A stretch of 64,000 nucleotides of DNA from an uncultured Planctomycetaceae bacterium (lineage in GTDB: Bacteria; Planctomycetota; Planctomycetia; Planctomycetales; Planctomycetaceae): positions 384,001-448,000 of the forward strand of contig CAWFGE010000010.1 in assembly GCA_963815195.1 (NCBI GenBank), in the 5' to 3' direction. Numbering within the stretch: position 1 is the stretch's first letter; each line of letters begins with the position of its first letter. The notes beneath the pieces are model-generated. The model did not search any database and had not been told where the DNA came from. It saw only the letters and a list, made by a program, of their open reading frames with translations. A program made the translations under genes and the position numbers. This document shows, piece by piece, positions 41,813 to 52,624 of the stretch.

Positions 41813-42231
41813 AACGCTTCCTGCTCGATACTGGTCCGGCGCAGAAGTTTCTGAATAGCGATCCGAACGTTCGCCCGAGAGCCGAGCTTGGAACGTCGCC
41901 AGGGGCATCGGATCGGGATCTGCACGCCGGTCCTGGGCGAACTCTGGTCGGGCGTGGAAGGCAGCGACACCCGGGACAGGAATTTGCAGAGGCTCAAGCA
42001 CGGTCTCTCCCATCTGGTGATCTGGCCGTTCGACAACGACGCGGCGGGCGAATACGGGCGAATTTTCATCCAACTGAAGCGGATGGGGCGACCGATGCAG
42101 CAGATCGACATCCAGATTGCCGCCGTCGCTCTGTCGTTGGAAACTGCACCGTCGTCACCAGCGACAGCGACCTCTCCGCCGTGCCCGGATTGTCCGTGGA
42201 GAATTGGGAGCTCGAAGAGCAATCAATCTGA
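41809..42231 (+). CDS. vapC: PIN-domain toxin (VapC-like), frameshifted
   Basis: FLLDTG...PVLGELWSG...GRPMQQIDIQIAAVA...VVTSDSDLSAVPGLSVENW across two indels. Confidence 0.8.
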   Translation: MKRFLLDTGPAQKFLNSDPNVRPRAELGTSPGASDRDLHAGPGRTLVGRGRQRHPGQEFAEAQARSLPSGDLAVRQRRGGRIRANFHPTEADGATDAADRHPDCRRRSVVGNCTVVTSDSDLSAVPGLSVENWELEEQSI

Positions 42232-42334
42232 GAACTTTCCGCGTGGGGCAGAAGTCGGAAGTTCAGGCCGAGGGCGGTTGCCATTTCTGAATCGCCGATT
42301 TGGCCCATTTTGCCCCGCGATTTCCTGGACGCTC

Positions 42335-43243
42335 CTAACGAAGTTCTTCTTTCACGCCTTCAACCAACTTGGCCACGGTCTGCCTCAAGATCTGCTTACC
42401 GCCGAATTGCATTCCCAGCGCCCGAATCTTTTCCGTGACGATCTGATGCTTGGACTGCTTCGGTTCGCCGAGGATCTCGCTTGTGCTCCGCGAGAGTTCC
42501 TTGGCGATTGTGGCCACGTCGAGTTCCGATACGTACCGGTCATAGCAGTTGTAGGCTTCGCCGGCGATTCCTTCGGCTGTCAATAGAATGCCAACCGCCT
42601 TGGCAACATCGGCCGCGTGGACTTCCTTGCCGCCGCGGGAACATTGGACCGTCTCGCCGCGGACCACCGCCGAGACCATGTCGTACCACTTGCTGTTCTG
42701 GATCGGGTGGGCGATTCCATAAACGCCGGTGGGCCGGAGGGCGCAGATCGGATAGCCTTGGCCCAGGCCGTAGCTGTGCACGAACTTTTCGATGGCCGCC
42801 TTGTGGGCCCCGTAATGGCTCGTCGGCCACAGTGGATGGGTCTCATCGAGCGGGCGGTCGTCGAGAATCTTCTCATGGATGGCGCACGTGGAAATAAAGA
42901 CGAAGCGGCGGACCTTCGCTCTCCGGGCCGCCTCGATCAGTTCCAGCGTGCCGACGACATTTTTCTCGACGAAGTCGATCACATCGCCCTCGGCACCGCG
43001 GAATCCTGCTCCCGGCCGGTCGAGCGCCGCATGCACGACCGCATCGCAGTCTTCCACCAAGGCGTTCGCGCTGTCCCAATCGCCCAGGCCGCCCTCGATC
43101 CATTCGAGGTCGGTGATTTGGTCGAATCCCTCCCGGTTGCTCGACGGCCGATGCCAACAGCGCAGGGAGTGTCCCTGGTCGGCCAGGTGGTTGGCAATGT
43201 AGCGGCCGATGAATCCCGTGGCTCCGGTGAGTGCTACTTTCAT
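42335..43243 (-). CDS. NAD-dependent epimerase/dehydratase
   Basis: VALTGATGFIG, YGAHK, LRPTGVYG. Confidence 0.92.
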   Translation of the reverse strand: MKVALTGATGFIGRYIANHLADQGHSLRCWHRPSSNREGFDQITDLEWIEGGLGDWDSANALVEDCDAVVHAALDRPGAGFRGAEGDVIDFVEKNVVGTLELIEAARRAKVRRFVFISTCAIHEKILDDRPLDETHPLWPTSHYGAHKAAIEKFVHSYGLGQGYPICALRPTGVYGIAHPIQNSKWYDMVSAVVRGETVQCSRGGKEVHAADVAKAVGILLTAEGIAGEAYNCYDRYVSELDVATIAKELSRSTSEILGEPKQSKHQIVTEKIRALGMQFGGKQILRQTVAKLVEGVKEELR

Positions 43244-43279
43244 CTTGTCTCCCTGCTATGAACTGGCCCGTTATGGAAG

Positions 43280-44643
43280 CTATTTCATCTTCGGATTCTT
43301 CTTTTGGAACTCCTGCCACCATTTCTCAGCCTTCTCTTTGCATCGTTGTTCTTCGCCATCATGGATGGGATAACTCACGGTCGTCGTTCCCCGAAAAATG
43401 GTGTGCCCCGTGATGCTCTCGAAAATCTGCTGGCAGCAATCCCCATAGCGGAGCAGGTAATGCCCTTCCGGCCAATAACTCCGCCAGTGACCTTTACATC
43501 GAGTTGGGCGAGCATCATCGAGGTGCTCGATGAGTTGAGGCACAGCGGCAAGGCCGAGTTTTTGCAATTCGACGGCGGCGTTCGGTGTACGGCTCTTTCG
43601 GGAACCTAAGCAAATGCCGAGTTTACAAACAACGATACAGCGTCCGGGGTCGAAACTTTGCTCAACATCTAGATCCCGCAAATGGTAAAGCCAATAGGCG
43701 ATTTTTTGCTCGGTCGTGAATTTTGCAAATTTCTCCGCATCCGGTTCGGTCCACCGGGCGTCTTCCTCCAGAAGGTTCTTGTAGTGCTTTGCCATCGCCT
43801 TCGCCTCGTCCCGGTATTGGTGGTAGGGGATGCGTGCGATTTTTTCCCATTGCGTCTTGAGTTCCTTACGGGAGGCTCCATTGTTGGCGGACGAAATCGC
43901 CCAGTTGCGGTATCCCGACGCAATTTGACTGGCGACAAAGACGGGCAGCGCAGCCGATTGGTCAAATCCGCCGAGGTAGTGATCCGCATACTTCTTGTAG
44001 GCTTTGAGAGCATGCGAATAAAGGGCCTCGGCATGATCCTTCTGACCGAACTGGTGGGCGAAATGTGCATAGCGGGCGGCATTGACGATGTGGTATGCCA
44101 GGCCGAACCGCCGGTTCACAAAACCGAAAATGCGATCTTCGTTTTTGTCCTGGGGCAGACCGTCTGCGAGGAACTTCTTGCTCTTCGCATTGTAGTCTTC
44201 TTTACGGACGTTCCAGGCGACAGAATGGTCGGCCTCGGAATCCCAGAGCACGGCCCCGTCCTTTTCCTCTTTGAGCTTTGGACGTTTTTCCGCTGGAGCG
44301 GGTTTGCGGAGCGTGTGGACCTCTCCGTACCAATCAAGCAAAAGAATCTCTTTGGGTGCGTCCTCGATGAGCCAGCCTTCCAAGTCCTCGGGCCAATTCG
44401 CCGGACCTATATCGACCGCGACCCACGGTTCGCCTTTGAGCTTGGATCCCCCGGGCAGCGAAAAATCTTGGCCAGCCGGCCAAACTCATCGTCATCTTTA
44501 TCCTCTGCGGACGGCGTCTGTGCCGCCGCGCCAACTCCGAGAAGCATCAGCACCATGCCAACGCAACACACGAGGCGAAGCAAACGAAATGCCAGCTTTG
44601 GTTGTTTCCAAACCGGGGTGTGAAGCGCGGTAATCCGTCGCAT
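43280..44643 (-). CDS. Secreted helical hypothetical protein, frameshifted near 5' end
   Basis: Signal-peptide ORF 44407-44667 joins 43280-44383; HEAT-like LGLAAVPQLIEHLDD. Confidence 0.6.
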
Positions 44644-45175
44644 GAACATCGCGATTCCTCCAATCAATGAGGCTCTGGCATTCTCTGATCTGATTATCTG
44701 TCGCCCGATCGCTTACCGCAATGGATTTTTGTTTCCGTTGAATGCTGAGAACTTGACACGCCCTTTCGCACGACGTGCCGAATACGTGGAGGCCCGCTCA
44801 CGTGCCTGGGGATCGTTTCCCCAAACTCACCGGCCCCGAGCCGAGATCGCACCAGCTTTGCTGGGCCGAACAGTGGTCACGTGCCGAGGCACCGCGGAGG
44901 ACTTGAGGCCTGCCGCCCATGCCGAGGCCGATACGGACGGCTTGGACTCACTCGCGGCGATCCGGGCCGTCAATGTGCCGACCCCGCCGGATGAGACCGC
45001 AATTCGGCCTTCGCTGAGATTGATGGCCGAAAAGACACGGAGTATTCTCAAGGCAGATCGTTGAGGGAAAAAGAAATTCGCTGATAATCAGAAGACGGAT
45101 TCAGAAGACGGATAGAGAATCCCGCCAACGAGCATCAGCCTTTGTCCACAGGGCGGTTCACAGAGGACGCACCGA

Positions 45176-45520
45176 ATGACCACCCGAATTGACTTGCCGG
45201 CTGACCTGAAACTCTCACTCAGCGAATCCGACTACGACGCGGTGCGTCGCTGGTGGGAATCGCTGACGGCGGAGCAGCAATGCGAATACAGCGATGTCTC
45301 CGAAATGACTCCCGAAGACTTCGAGACACTGCCAGACCTGGAAGACACCGCCCCTGAACCCGAAACTCAGCCATACTACGATTATCTCATCAATCACGAA
45401 CTCAGGCTTGTCGGATTTGTCGATGATGTGGCAGCAAAATCGTCGTATAGGATCATGTCGTCGTACGTTGCGTCATTGGGTTCTGATTATCGTCACGGCA
45501 AACCTGGAACAGTCTGCTAA
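45176..45520 (+). CDS. Hypothetical protein, gene-cassette-like
   Basis: AGAGGA SD; stop codon lies inside GCTAAC at the start of an attC-like sequence. Confidence 0.6.
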   Translation: MTTRIDLPADLKLSLSESDYDAVRRWWESLTAEQQCEYSDVSEMTPEDFETLPDLEDTAPEPETQPYYDYLINHELRLVGFVDDVAAKSSYRIMSSYVASLGSDYRHGKPGTVC

Positions 45521-45578
45521 CAAACCGTTGCACTGGGGCTGCGCGGGTTGGCGAGGGAGAACATCAGCGTGTTGGTCA
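45513..45578 (+). other. Degenerate integron attC-like site
   Basis: gcTAACaaaccgttgcac (R''/L''-like) ... gagaac ... GTTGG; right arm poorly complementary. Confidence 0.4.
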
Positions 45579-46078
45579 AGGTGCTCGAAATCCTTCTTTT
45601 CCCATTCGTCCTCTTGATGCGATGTATCGAGGAGATCAGCGGCGAGGGGCGGTGGTACCGACAGCAACGGCGTCGGATGGAGTGCGACCGACCGCCGCTC
45701 CCCGACCCAGAGTTCCTTCATGCTGTGGGCGCGAGGCCGGATGAGCAACGGCTTTGGCTAGCCGTCCGCCGCGCTATGGCGGACGCGGTGGGATTGCCGG
45801 CGGAAGCCGTGCACCCGCAGGACCGACTCGCCGACCTTTGGCGAATGCAATGGCTCGGTCCCGACCTCCTCGATTTGGTATTTCGGTTAGAGAAACAACT
45901 CGACTTCAATATTCCTCGGCAGATGATCGAGCAGTTCACCGGGGGACTGCATTACGGCCAAGCCGGAGATTTCCAGGAGTTCGCACATGGTGTCGTCCGC
46001 GGTCTCCGCGAGTTGAGCAAGGCGTCCATGGCCGAACCTGTCGCTCCGCCAACCGGCGACCACAGCGACGATTCCTGA
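45548..46078 (+). CDS. Hypothetical protein, gene-cassette-like
   Basis: ORF runs into an attC-like sequence (AEPVAPPTG tail); start uncertain. Confidence 0.55.
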   Translation: MARENISVLVKVLEILLFPFVLLMRCIEEISGEGRWYRQQRRRMECDRPPLPDPEFLHAVGARPDEQRLWLAVRRAMADAVGLPAEAVHPQDRLADLWRMQWLGPDLLDLVFRLEKQLDFNIPRQMIEQFTGGLHYGQAGDFQEFAHGVVRGLRELSKASMAEPVAPPTGDHSDDS

Positions 46079-46090
46079 AACTTCATACGA
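46031..46090 (+). other. Left half of a Planctomycete-type attC-like site, truncated
   Basis: gccGAACctgtcgctcc...accggcg...tcctgaaacttca; right arm replaced by the TROVE fragment. Confidence 0.45.
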
Positions 46091-46115
46091 AGTCATTTGC
46101 ACGAACGGATCACGA

Positions 46116-47366
46116 TCAGCCCGCAAACGCTTGCCTATTGAACTTCGTGTTGGCCGTGCGGAGGGGAATCGAACAGTCCGTTCCACCGCCGCCGAACTTC
46201 GCCAATCGCTCCGACAGACTCAGGATCGAGTCGGCCGGATCCATGCGGACATCGTAGGCTTGGGTGTCGAACGGAACGATCACGCTGTCCGGGTTCTGGC
46301 GGAGAATCGCCGCGGCGAACAACGCCGCCACATCGACACACCGCATCGTGCTAGTCGCACCGCGACCCCGCCAGCCGGTTGCTGGCATCGACATCGACCC
46401 GGACGTGTCCAGACCGATGACGACCGGCCACGGCACTTCCGGCACATTGCCGCAAGCAATCTCAGCCGCCTGATGCAAAGCGGCCTTGATCTTCTGCGGA
46501 ACCTCAACCGAGGCGTTCAGGTACGCCGCGAGGTACTGGTACGGGAACTGCCGCGAGCGACGGATTTCATCCGCATCCGCCAAACGCTTTGCCACGTAAT
46601 CCACCATCTTCGGCATCCTTCAGAACCTCATGCCGCAGAAGCGTGTTGAGGTTCATTCGCAGGGCCTGGGGCCGCATCTGGCGGGCGATGCCCTTCCAGA
46701 CGATTGGACCCTTGGCCGCGTCCGCCAAGAGATCCCACCGCACCGACAAGTCGCCCAGGATGAGCCCTGCATCTCGGCCGTGTCCGCCTGGCGGTACGCG
46801 ATCAGCGACTGGACCTGCGCCGGCAGGTCGGCCTCCGTGGCGGGAGCCCACTTCTCGGTCTCCTTGTCCGTCAGCCAGCCGAACAGCGCACGCCGCTCGT
46901 TGTCCTTGGGCGTCGGGCGGGCCATCCGCAGCACATCCCGCAGGCTCGGATCGTTTCCGATCGAAGCCGACAAGAGCTTCCCGACCGAAGCCTCGTTCAA
47001 CCACCGCTGGAACGCCCGCTGCAAACTGCACGACAGGCTGGTGGCCGAACTGTCCGAACGGATCATCTGAAACATGTTTCGCAGGACGCGGCCATTATCG
47101 ACGACCCGATCGAACACGCGGTGCAAAATCTCGGTGTCCCGCGTGGACAAAACGACCAACACCGCCGCCGGCATGTCCTTCATGTAAGCTCGCTCGCGGG
47201 CATAAACCGCCAACTTCGCCAGGAAGACGTTGTCGTCCACCTGGTCGATCAGCTTCCGCGTCTCATCCAGTTGGCTCTTGGCACTCGCGTAGAAAACCCC
47301 ATCGAAGCAGCCGGTCGCCGCCATCTGGGCCAGCGCTGCTTCGGCGTGAACTGGTAAGCCCGGCCC
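46116..47366 (-). pseudogene. TROVE/Ro60-vWA (Rsr-like) gene truncated at both ends
   Basis: [63 protein letters not shown], v[10 protein letters not shown]; stops before the final SDNE motif. Confidence 0.85.
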
Positions 47367-47790
47367 CGTGTTCAAAGGATAATTGTGGACCGCCGCCCCG
47401 GCTTGCATAATCACGAACATGTCGCTGGGGCAAAGCAGCAAAGGGATCTCCTGGGCCAAAAAGACGGCATTGTCGTTGGTGTAGCTGTCCGGGTTTTCGT
47501 TCCAGTGAATCTCGTCGTAAACATTCTTGCGGTCGAGGTAAGGCAGCAGATGGGCATACGCCGAAAAACAATGCCCCTGCCCGGCGACCGGATTCACGAT
47601 CCGGCCCGGAGGAAACGCGCGGTGGCTGTCGTGATAATTGTTGAGTGCAATCCCGATTTGCTTGAGATGGTTTTTGCACTCGGCCCGGCGGGCGGCTTCG
47701 CGGGCCTGCTGCACCGCCGGCAACAAGAGCGCCACCAGAATCGCGATGATCGCAATCACCACAAAGAGGCTCGATCAGTGTGAAACCTTT
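47367..47790 (-). pseudogene. N-terminal fragment of DUF1559 prepilin-type protein
   Basis: [50 protein letters not shown]...LLCPSD; C-terminal half absent. Confidence 0.85.
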
Positions 47791-48267
47791 GTGTCCGTAA
47801 CCTTTGTAATAATCGTCAGCCCGGTAAACTTCGCTTTTTTTCGTATTGCGATTGCGTCTGGAGTTTTGGTTCGGAAAACCTCTTTGGGTGGAGACTTCTC
47901 CAATACAAGGAATCGGCAAACACTCTGGGGCAGTGCCCTCGGTAACGACAGTCCCCAAAGGCGACCAATGTGTTGCCGCGGCTGGACTTCGCCGCACTCA
48001 CACTCGCCAAGAAGCCAGCAGGGGGCGCCGTCGACGGGCTACCGGCGGCAGAGGATTGATAATGCCGCCCGACGCAAACGGCTTGGGACGTCGCGGACAT
48101 CTAAAGATATGCCGAAAATGCGCCAAAACCAGTGGTGCCCGTGGCATAGCATTTGGAAAGGTCATTTTTTGCGTCAAAACCCCGCGATTTTCGGCCTGCC
48201 GGCGAGTTTCGCGGGTCCTTTTGTGCCAGTCAGCCCATGAAAAGGGGACCGCGTTGCAGTGCCCTTC

Positions 48268-48496
48268 TGCTCAAGCGGCTTTGGAAGTGCGGACGCTCGC
48301 ACCGGGGTCCAAACGGCAGATTCCGTCGCCCGTTTTTGAGCATTGAATAGCATCCAGATAACCGAATCGCTTCGTGCGTCTGACGCCTCCGGATGGGTCT
48401 GATTGAAGACCGATCCGGGGGCGTTTTTTGTGCGCTCTCGGAGCGGTCCGGGGGCGGTGTGTTTTTTTGACACGCCGTCCCCGGCGTGGGGACGGC
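48268..48496 (+). ncRNA. Putative structured leader RNA, copy 2
   Basis: Same stems as copy 1, with a compensatory change in the SD-proximal hairpin. Confidence 0.5.
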
Positions 48497-48519
48497 CCTA
48501 ATGAAGGAGGCCCTTTCCC

Positions 48520-49170
48520 ATGAGCCAACTCTCAACGCCTGCAGCCGACTTGAGCGCCACGTCTTCGCTTTCGAAAGCCCCTCCATCGGATGCCGTGTGG
48601 CACGCGACGTTTCTTCCGATGGTCCCCAAGATCAAAGAGCACGCGAGTTACCGCTTCCGCGGCTGGCCCGAGGATGTCCGAGAGGAGGCGATCCAAGAGA
48701 CCCTCGCCAATGCCTGCCAGGCGTATGCCCGGCTCGCCCAACGCGGGGCCACCGACTCCGCCACCTGGAGCAGTCTCGCCAAGTACGCCATCCGGCAAGT
48801 TCGGACGGGGCGGAAGGTGGGCGGCTCGCTCAACGTCCGCGATGTGAGTTCCCGCTATTGCCAACGGCATTACGGTGTCTCAGTCCATAACCTCCATCGC
48901 TGGGATGATGAGAATCAGGAATGGACGGAGATGGTCGTGGAAGACCGCCGGACCACTCCCGCCGACATCGCCGCTCTTCGGATCGACTTTTGGGAGTTCC
49001 TAAAATCCCTCTCACGCCGCCACCGCAAGATCGCGCTCAAGCTCGCCAAGGGATATTCCACATCGGCAGTGGCCAAGATGTTCGAGCTCTCGGCGGCCCG
49101 GATTTCCCAAATCCGCCGGGAGCTCGACGATGCCTGGCAAGCCTTCCACGGCGAGCCGGCCTGCGTCTGA
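48520..49170 (+). CDS. ECF-like sigma-70 family factor, copy 2
   Basis: 216 aa, 12 substitutions relative to copy 1. Confidence 0.65.
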   Translation: MSQLSTPAADLSATSSLSKAPPSDAVWHATFLPMVPKIKEHASYRFRGWPEDVREEAIQETLANACQAYARLAQRGATDSATWSSLAKYAIRQVRTGRKVGGSLNVRDVSSRYCQRHYGVSVHNLHRWDDENQEWTEMVVEDRRTTPADIAALRIDFWEFLKSLSRRHRKIALKLAKGYSTSAVAKMFELSAARISQIRRELDDAWQAFHGEPACV

Positions 49171-49259
49171 GCTTTGTCAGCATCTCCCACGCGGTGACCG
49201 ACTTCATCTCACTTCCCCGTTCCGTTCCGGTACGAGCAATCAAGGAGATCCTTTTATTT

Positions 49260-49595
49260 ATGTCGTCCCCTTCCCAAAATGAAACCCATTCTCGAAACGG
49301 CGAGTCTTCAAGCTCTCTGGTCCCCGCCCGTCTTCCCGCGGCAGCTTTGATCTCGGCATTGGAATTCGAGAAGCTCCAACTCGAAGAACGCCGCGAATCA
49401 CTCCGCCGAAAGATGGCGGAGGCGGAGGCAGAACTGGTGTGGCTCACGAGCCGGCAGGCGGAACTCCAAAAGCTCGACGTGTCGCTCGATCGCTTGCTGA
49501 AGTATTTGCACGAGCACGGCTCCAATGAAGAACCGGATAATGCCTCCAATCGCTGCCGAGGTCTCGCGAATGCCGCCGTCGCCGGCACGTTTTGA
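49260..49595 (+). CDS. Small coiled-coil protein, copy 2
   Basis: 111 aa paralog of 40114-40449. Confidence 0.7.
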   Translation: MSSPSQNETHSRNGESSSSLVPARLPAAALISALEFEKLQLEERRESLRRKMAEAEAELVWLTSRQAELQKLDVSLDRLLKYLHEHGSNEEPDNASNRCRGLANAAVAGTF

Positions 49596-49899
49596 TCGAG
49601 CCTGTGCCTGTTCTGTGATTCCGATGAAGCGAACGGAATCGCGATCGAGCCCACAATGGGCGCCGCGCTATTCAAGAAAAACGCAAACCGAATGTCCGGC
49701 TCTTGTGCTCACGCGCCGGGGACGTGTTTAAAACGTTCCCGGCCTGTGAGCTGTTTTGATCAAAAAACTTTCCGGCACCGAGGCCATTTTTTTAGCTCTC
49801 AGACCAAATCCCTGGAAGGCTCCGAAAGCATTCGGCGAGTTCCGGTGTTAGAATGGGGGAAAGAGAAACGACATCCCAACGGATTTTAGCTTGGGGAAT

Positions 49900-50148
49900 A
49901 TGATGAGTCGTCCGTTTCAGGAACTGAACGAGATATTCGAACGAACCAGGACGTGGCCGACGGCGCTGCGGATTCGGCTTGCGCGGCGGTTGCTGGAAAG
50001 CCTCGATACGAGCGTTGTCGAACCGCCCGGCCGCAGATGGCGGGCCGCCGACGCCATCGCCGCCGTCAACAGCCGCCAGCCTGCCCCGGACGATGAGACA
50101 GTGAAGCAATGGATTGAGGAACACCGTATGGAGAAGTACGAGCAATGA
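49900..50148 (+). CDS. Putative antitoxin
   Basis: Small ORF with ATGA overlap to the PIN gene; APDDETVKQWIEEHRMEKY. Confidence 0.65.
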   Translation: MMSRPFQELNEIFERTRTWPTALRIRLARRLLESLDTSVVEPPGRRWRAADAIAAVNSRQPAPDDETVKQWIEEHRMEKYEQ

Positions 50149-50561
50149 ACGTCCTCTTGGACATCAATGTTGTGCTGGACGTGATTTTGAGCCGGCATCC
50201 CTGGGTCGCGGAGGCTTCCTCTGTCTGGAATGCGCACGAAGACGGCAGGCTCAACGCTTGTATCGCGGCGTTCTCGATTCCGACAATTTTCTACGTCGTT
50301 CGCCGCCAGAACGATCTGGCAGCCGCTCATGACGCGGTGCGGATTTGCCTTGAGAAGTTTGAGATCGCGGCTGTGGGCCGCTCGAGTCTGGAATTGGCTC
50401 GTCAACAGAGTCTTTCCGACTACGAGAATGCCTTGCAGATTGCCGTAGCGGTTGAAGCGGGTGCGAACGCGATCGTCACCCGTGATCCGTCTGGTTTCGG
50501 GCAAAGTCCTGTTCCCCCCATCTCGCCCGCGGACCTGCTTAAGCAGATCTCTGGTGCCTGA
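50145..50561 (+). CDS. PIN-domain toxin
   Basis: VLLDINVVLDV...SDYENALQIAVA...AIVTRDP. Confidence 0.85.
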   Translation: MNVLLDINVVLDVILSRHPWVAEASSVWNAHEDGRLNACIAAFSIPTIFYVVRRQNDLAAAHDAVRICLEKFEIAAVGRSSLELARQQSLSDYENALQIAVAVEAGANAIVTRDPSGFGQSPVPPISPADLLKQISGA

Positions 50562-50584
50562 CGGAGTGAGGAGAATCTTCCCGA

Positions 50585-50870
50585 ATGGCCAAACGCAAAA
50601 CGTCAAAAGCCACGGGATTACCGGCGGCGAAAGCGGGAATGCTCGACGATCCCGCGCTCTTGGCCGATGTGCGGCAGTCGATCCGCCGCCCGAGAACAGA
50701 CGGCACGTGTGGTCCATAGCGGACCCGTGATGATGGACTGGCACATCGGACGCCGGATTCGCCAGGATGGCCTTCAAAACGAGCGTGCGCGGCGCTATCG
50801 CGACACTGACAGCGGAGTTCTGGGAGAGATGCTCTGATCTGAGGGAGCTTCGCCGATCGCTCCCTCATTG
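50585..50870 (+). pseudogene. DUF1016/YhcG N-terminal remnant
   Basis: LLADVRQ..AAREQTARVVHSG..MM.WHIGRRIRQD.LQNERA..IATLTAEF across frames; truncated. Confidence 0.65.
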
Positions 50871-50891
50871 GCAATGCACTTCGTCGCCGCT

Positions 50892-52118
50892 TCATTTGGT
50901 CCCGCAGCACTTTTTGAATTTCTTTCCGCTGCCACAAGGGCAAGGGGCATTGCGGCCCGCCTTGGGGCCAGTGTTGCGAATGATTGTCGCGGGTTCCGCC
51001 GGAACGTCCCATGCGTCCTCCGCAGGCGCGGTTCGCCGGAGTTTTTCGGGCCGCTTCGCCGTGTCTTCCGCATCGACTGCGGAATCCGGCCCGCCCTTTT
51101 CCTGTTCCTGCCTTTCGATCGACCGGCCGTCGGGGGACGGTGCCGCTGCGTTTTCGCTCGCCTGCTCATCGCGGAGGCTCGCCGCTTTTTCCATTTGCCC
51201 CGTCTCTTCATAGAGGCCGGCCAGGCGCTCGACGAGGTGTTGCCGCCGCTCGACATCGGACACGGCGAGGCCGTCTTTTAGAATCCGCTCGGCTTTGGCG
51301 GGGTCCGTTTGATCTTGGGGGGCGAACCGGCTGTAGAGATCGGCCCAACCGATCCATCCGCCACCCCAGCTCGGATCTTCCTGCAACCATTGCGTGTAGA
51401 GTTTGTCCGTCGTGGCATAGTCGCCCAAGTCGGCGTGCGATTCCGCCAGATCGTGCCGGAAGTTGGGAATCAGCCGGGCGTCACGGTCACTCTTCTCGGC
51501 AAGTTCGAGCACCGTCTGGCAAACCGCGATCCGCTCGCGGGCGAGAGCCGGCTCGACGCCGGCGGCCCAATGCAAAGCACCGCTGAAATCCTGGACCCAA
51601 TTGAAAACGCATTGCGTTCCGCCGAATTCCTCATCGAATTCCTCGATCGTCGGAATCGCGAATGTCCGCATCAGCGATCGAATGTCTTGCCACGCGCGAA
51701 GCCAAAGCCGGGCTGTCTCGAGCGGCTCCTTGCGGTTGTAGGCCCCATATCCAGCCTGCATCCGATCGTTGAGCATTTCGAAATTCGGGCGGTCGGGAAA
51801 CCAGCGCTCCCACAAGCACACGAGCGAAATCCAGACCCAGTCCACTTGGTTCTCCGGGATGTCGCGCCCCGGATGGTCTGTGACGGCGACCGACAAGATT
51901 TGAGCCGACGGAAATTTGCGGCTTTGACGGTCGAGCCAATCCCGGTTGACCTCGGTCACTTCCAGCGCATGCAGTTTCTCAAGCAACTCTTCATCCGATA
52001 AAACCCGCCCGTCCGCCAGCGTGCATTTGCCGTTGCTTTTGACCAGCTGCCGATATTCCGCATCCTCGGCGGTGCGCTTCTCGATCAATCGATTCATGGC
52101 GATGTAGGAAACATGCAT
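50892..52118 (-). CDS. Helical-repeat protein with C-terminal SEC-C motif
   Basis: [19 protein letters not shown]. Confidence 0.85.
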   Translation of the reverse strand: MHVSYIAMNRLIEKRTAEDAEYRQLVKSNGKCTLADGRVLSDEELLEKLHALEVTEVNRDWLDRQSRKFPSAQILSVAVTDHPGRDIPENQVDWVWISLVCLWERWFPDRPNFEMLNDRMQAGYGAYNRKEPLETARLWLRAWQDIRSLMRTFAIPTIEEFDEEFGGTQCVFNWVQDFSGALHWAAGVEPALARERIAVCQTVLELAEKSDRDARLIPNFRHDLAESHADLGDYATTDKLYTQWLQEDPSWGGGWIGWADLYSRFAPQDQTDPAKAERILKDGLAVSDVERRQHLVERLAGLYEETGQMEKAASLRDEQASENAAAPSPDGRSIERQEQEKGGPDSAVDAEDTAKRPEKLRRTAPAEDAWDVPAEPATIIRNTGPKAGRNAPCPCGSGKKFKKCCGTK

Positions 52119-52219
52119 CTCAGCGGCCTCCGTTTCACTCGCTGTGCCCTGGACTCCTTTTTTCCGACGAACCGTGATTATGGCAATTTTCGCCCTCGGT
52201 GTCAGCATGTTGACGCCCA

Positions 52220-52420
52220 GGCCGTGGATCGAGGCGGTCAACCAAGTCGAAGCGCTGATTTATGCCGAAGGCGAAGAAGCTGAGATTCAAGGCGAACGAG
52301 AGGAACAAAAAGCGGTGGGAGAAGGTTCGTTATGGCGAATACGGGCGAGTTTTCATCCAACTGAAGCGGATGGGGCGACCGATGCAGCAGATCGATATCC
52401 AGATCGCCGCCGTCGCTCAC
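52220..52420 (+). pseudogene. Internally deleted remnant of the 41.4-42.1 kb antitoxin/VapC locus
   Basis: 52228-52307 matches 41416-41494; 52334-52418 matches 42047-42131 (GEYGR.FIQLKRMGRPMQQIDIQIAAVA). Confidence 0.85.
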
Positions 52421-52624
52421 CGCTCGAATTCCGAAGTCAACTGCTCGACGCCCTGCGGCTGGATTTGGACGGCCCGATGATTGGGCACGTCGAACAAAAC
52501 GCTCCACTGGGTATCTCACCGGGTGTCGGGCGCCGACCGGCAACCGAATGTTTTGGCAATCAACAAATACGCGGGCGTAGGAAACCGCGAAATCCGTGAA
52601 TGGAGAACCGGAACGTATCAACGC

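Larger units (their letters stand above)
48073..49841 (+). repeat. 1.77-kb direct repeat, copy 2
   Basis: Near-identical to 38929-40694. Confidence 0.95.

Noticed and set aside
44700..45064. ORF 44642-45064 as a real gene
   Set aside because: No recognisable motif or SD; probably decayed gene debris
52420..52620. Uma2-like endonuclease remnant
   Set aside because: Only a vague KYA.G..E resemblance; insufficient support
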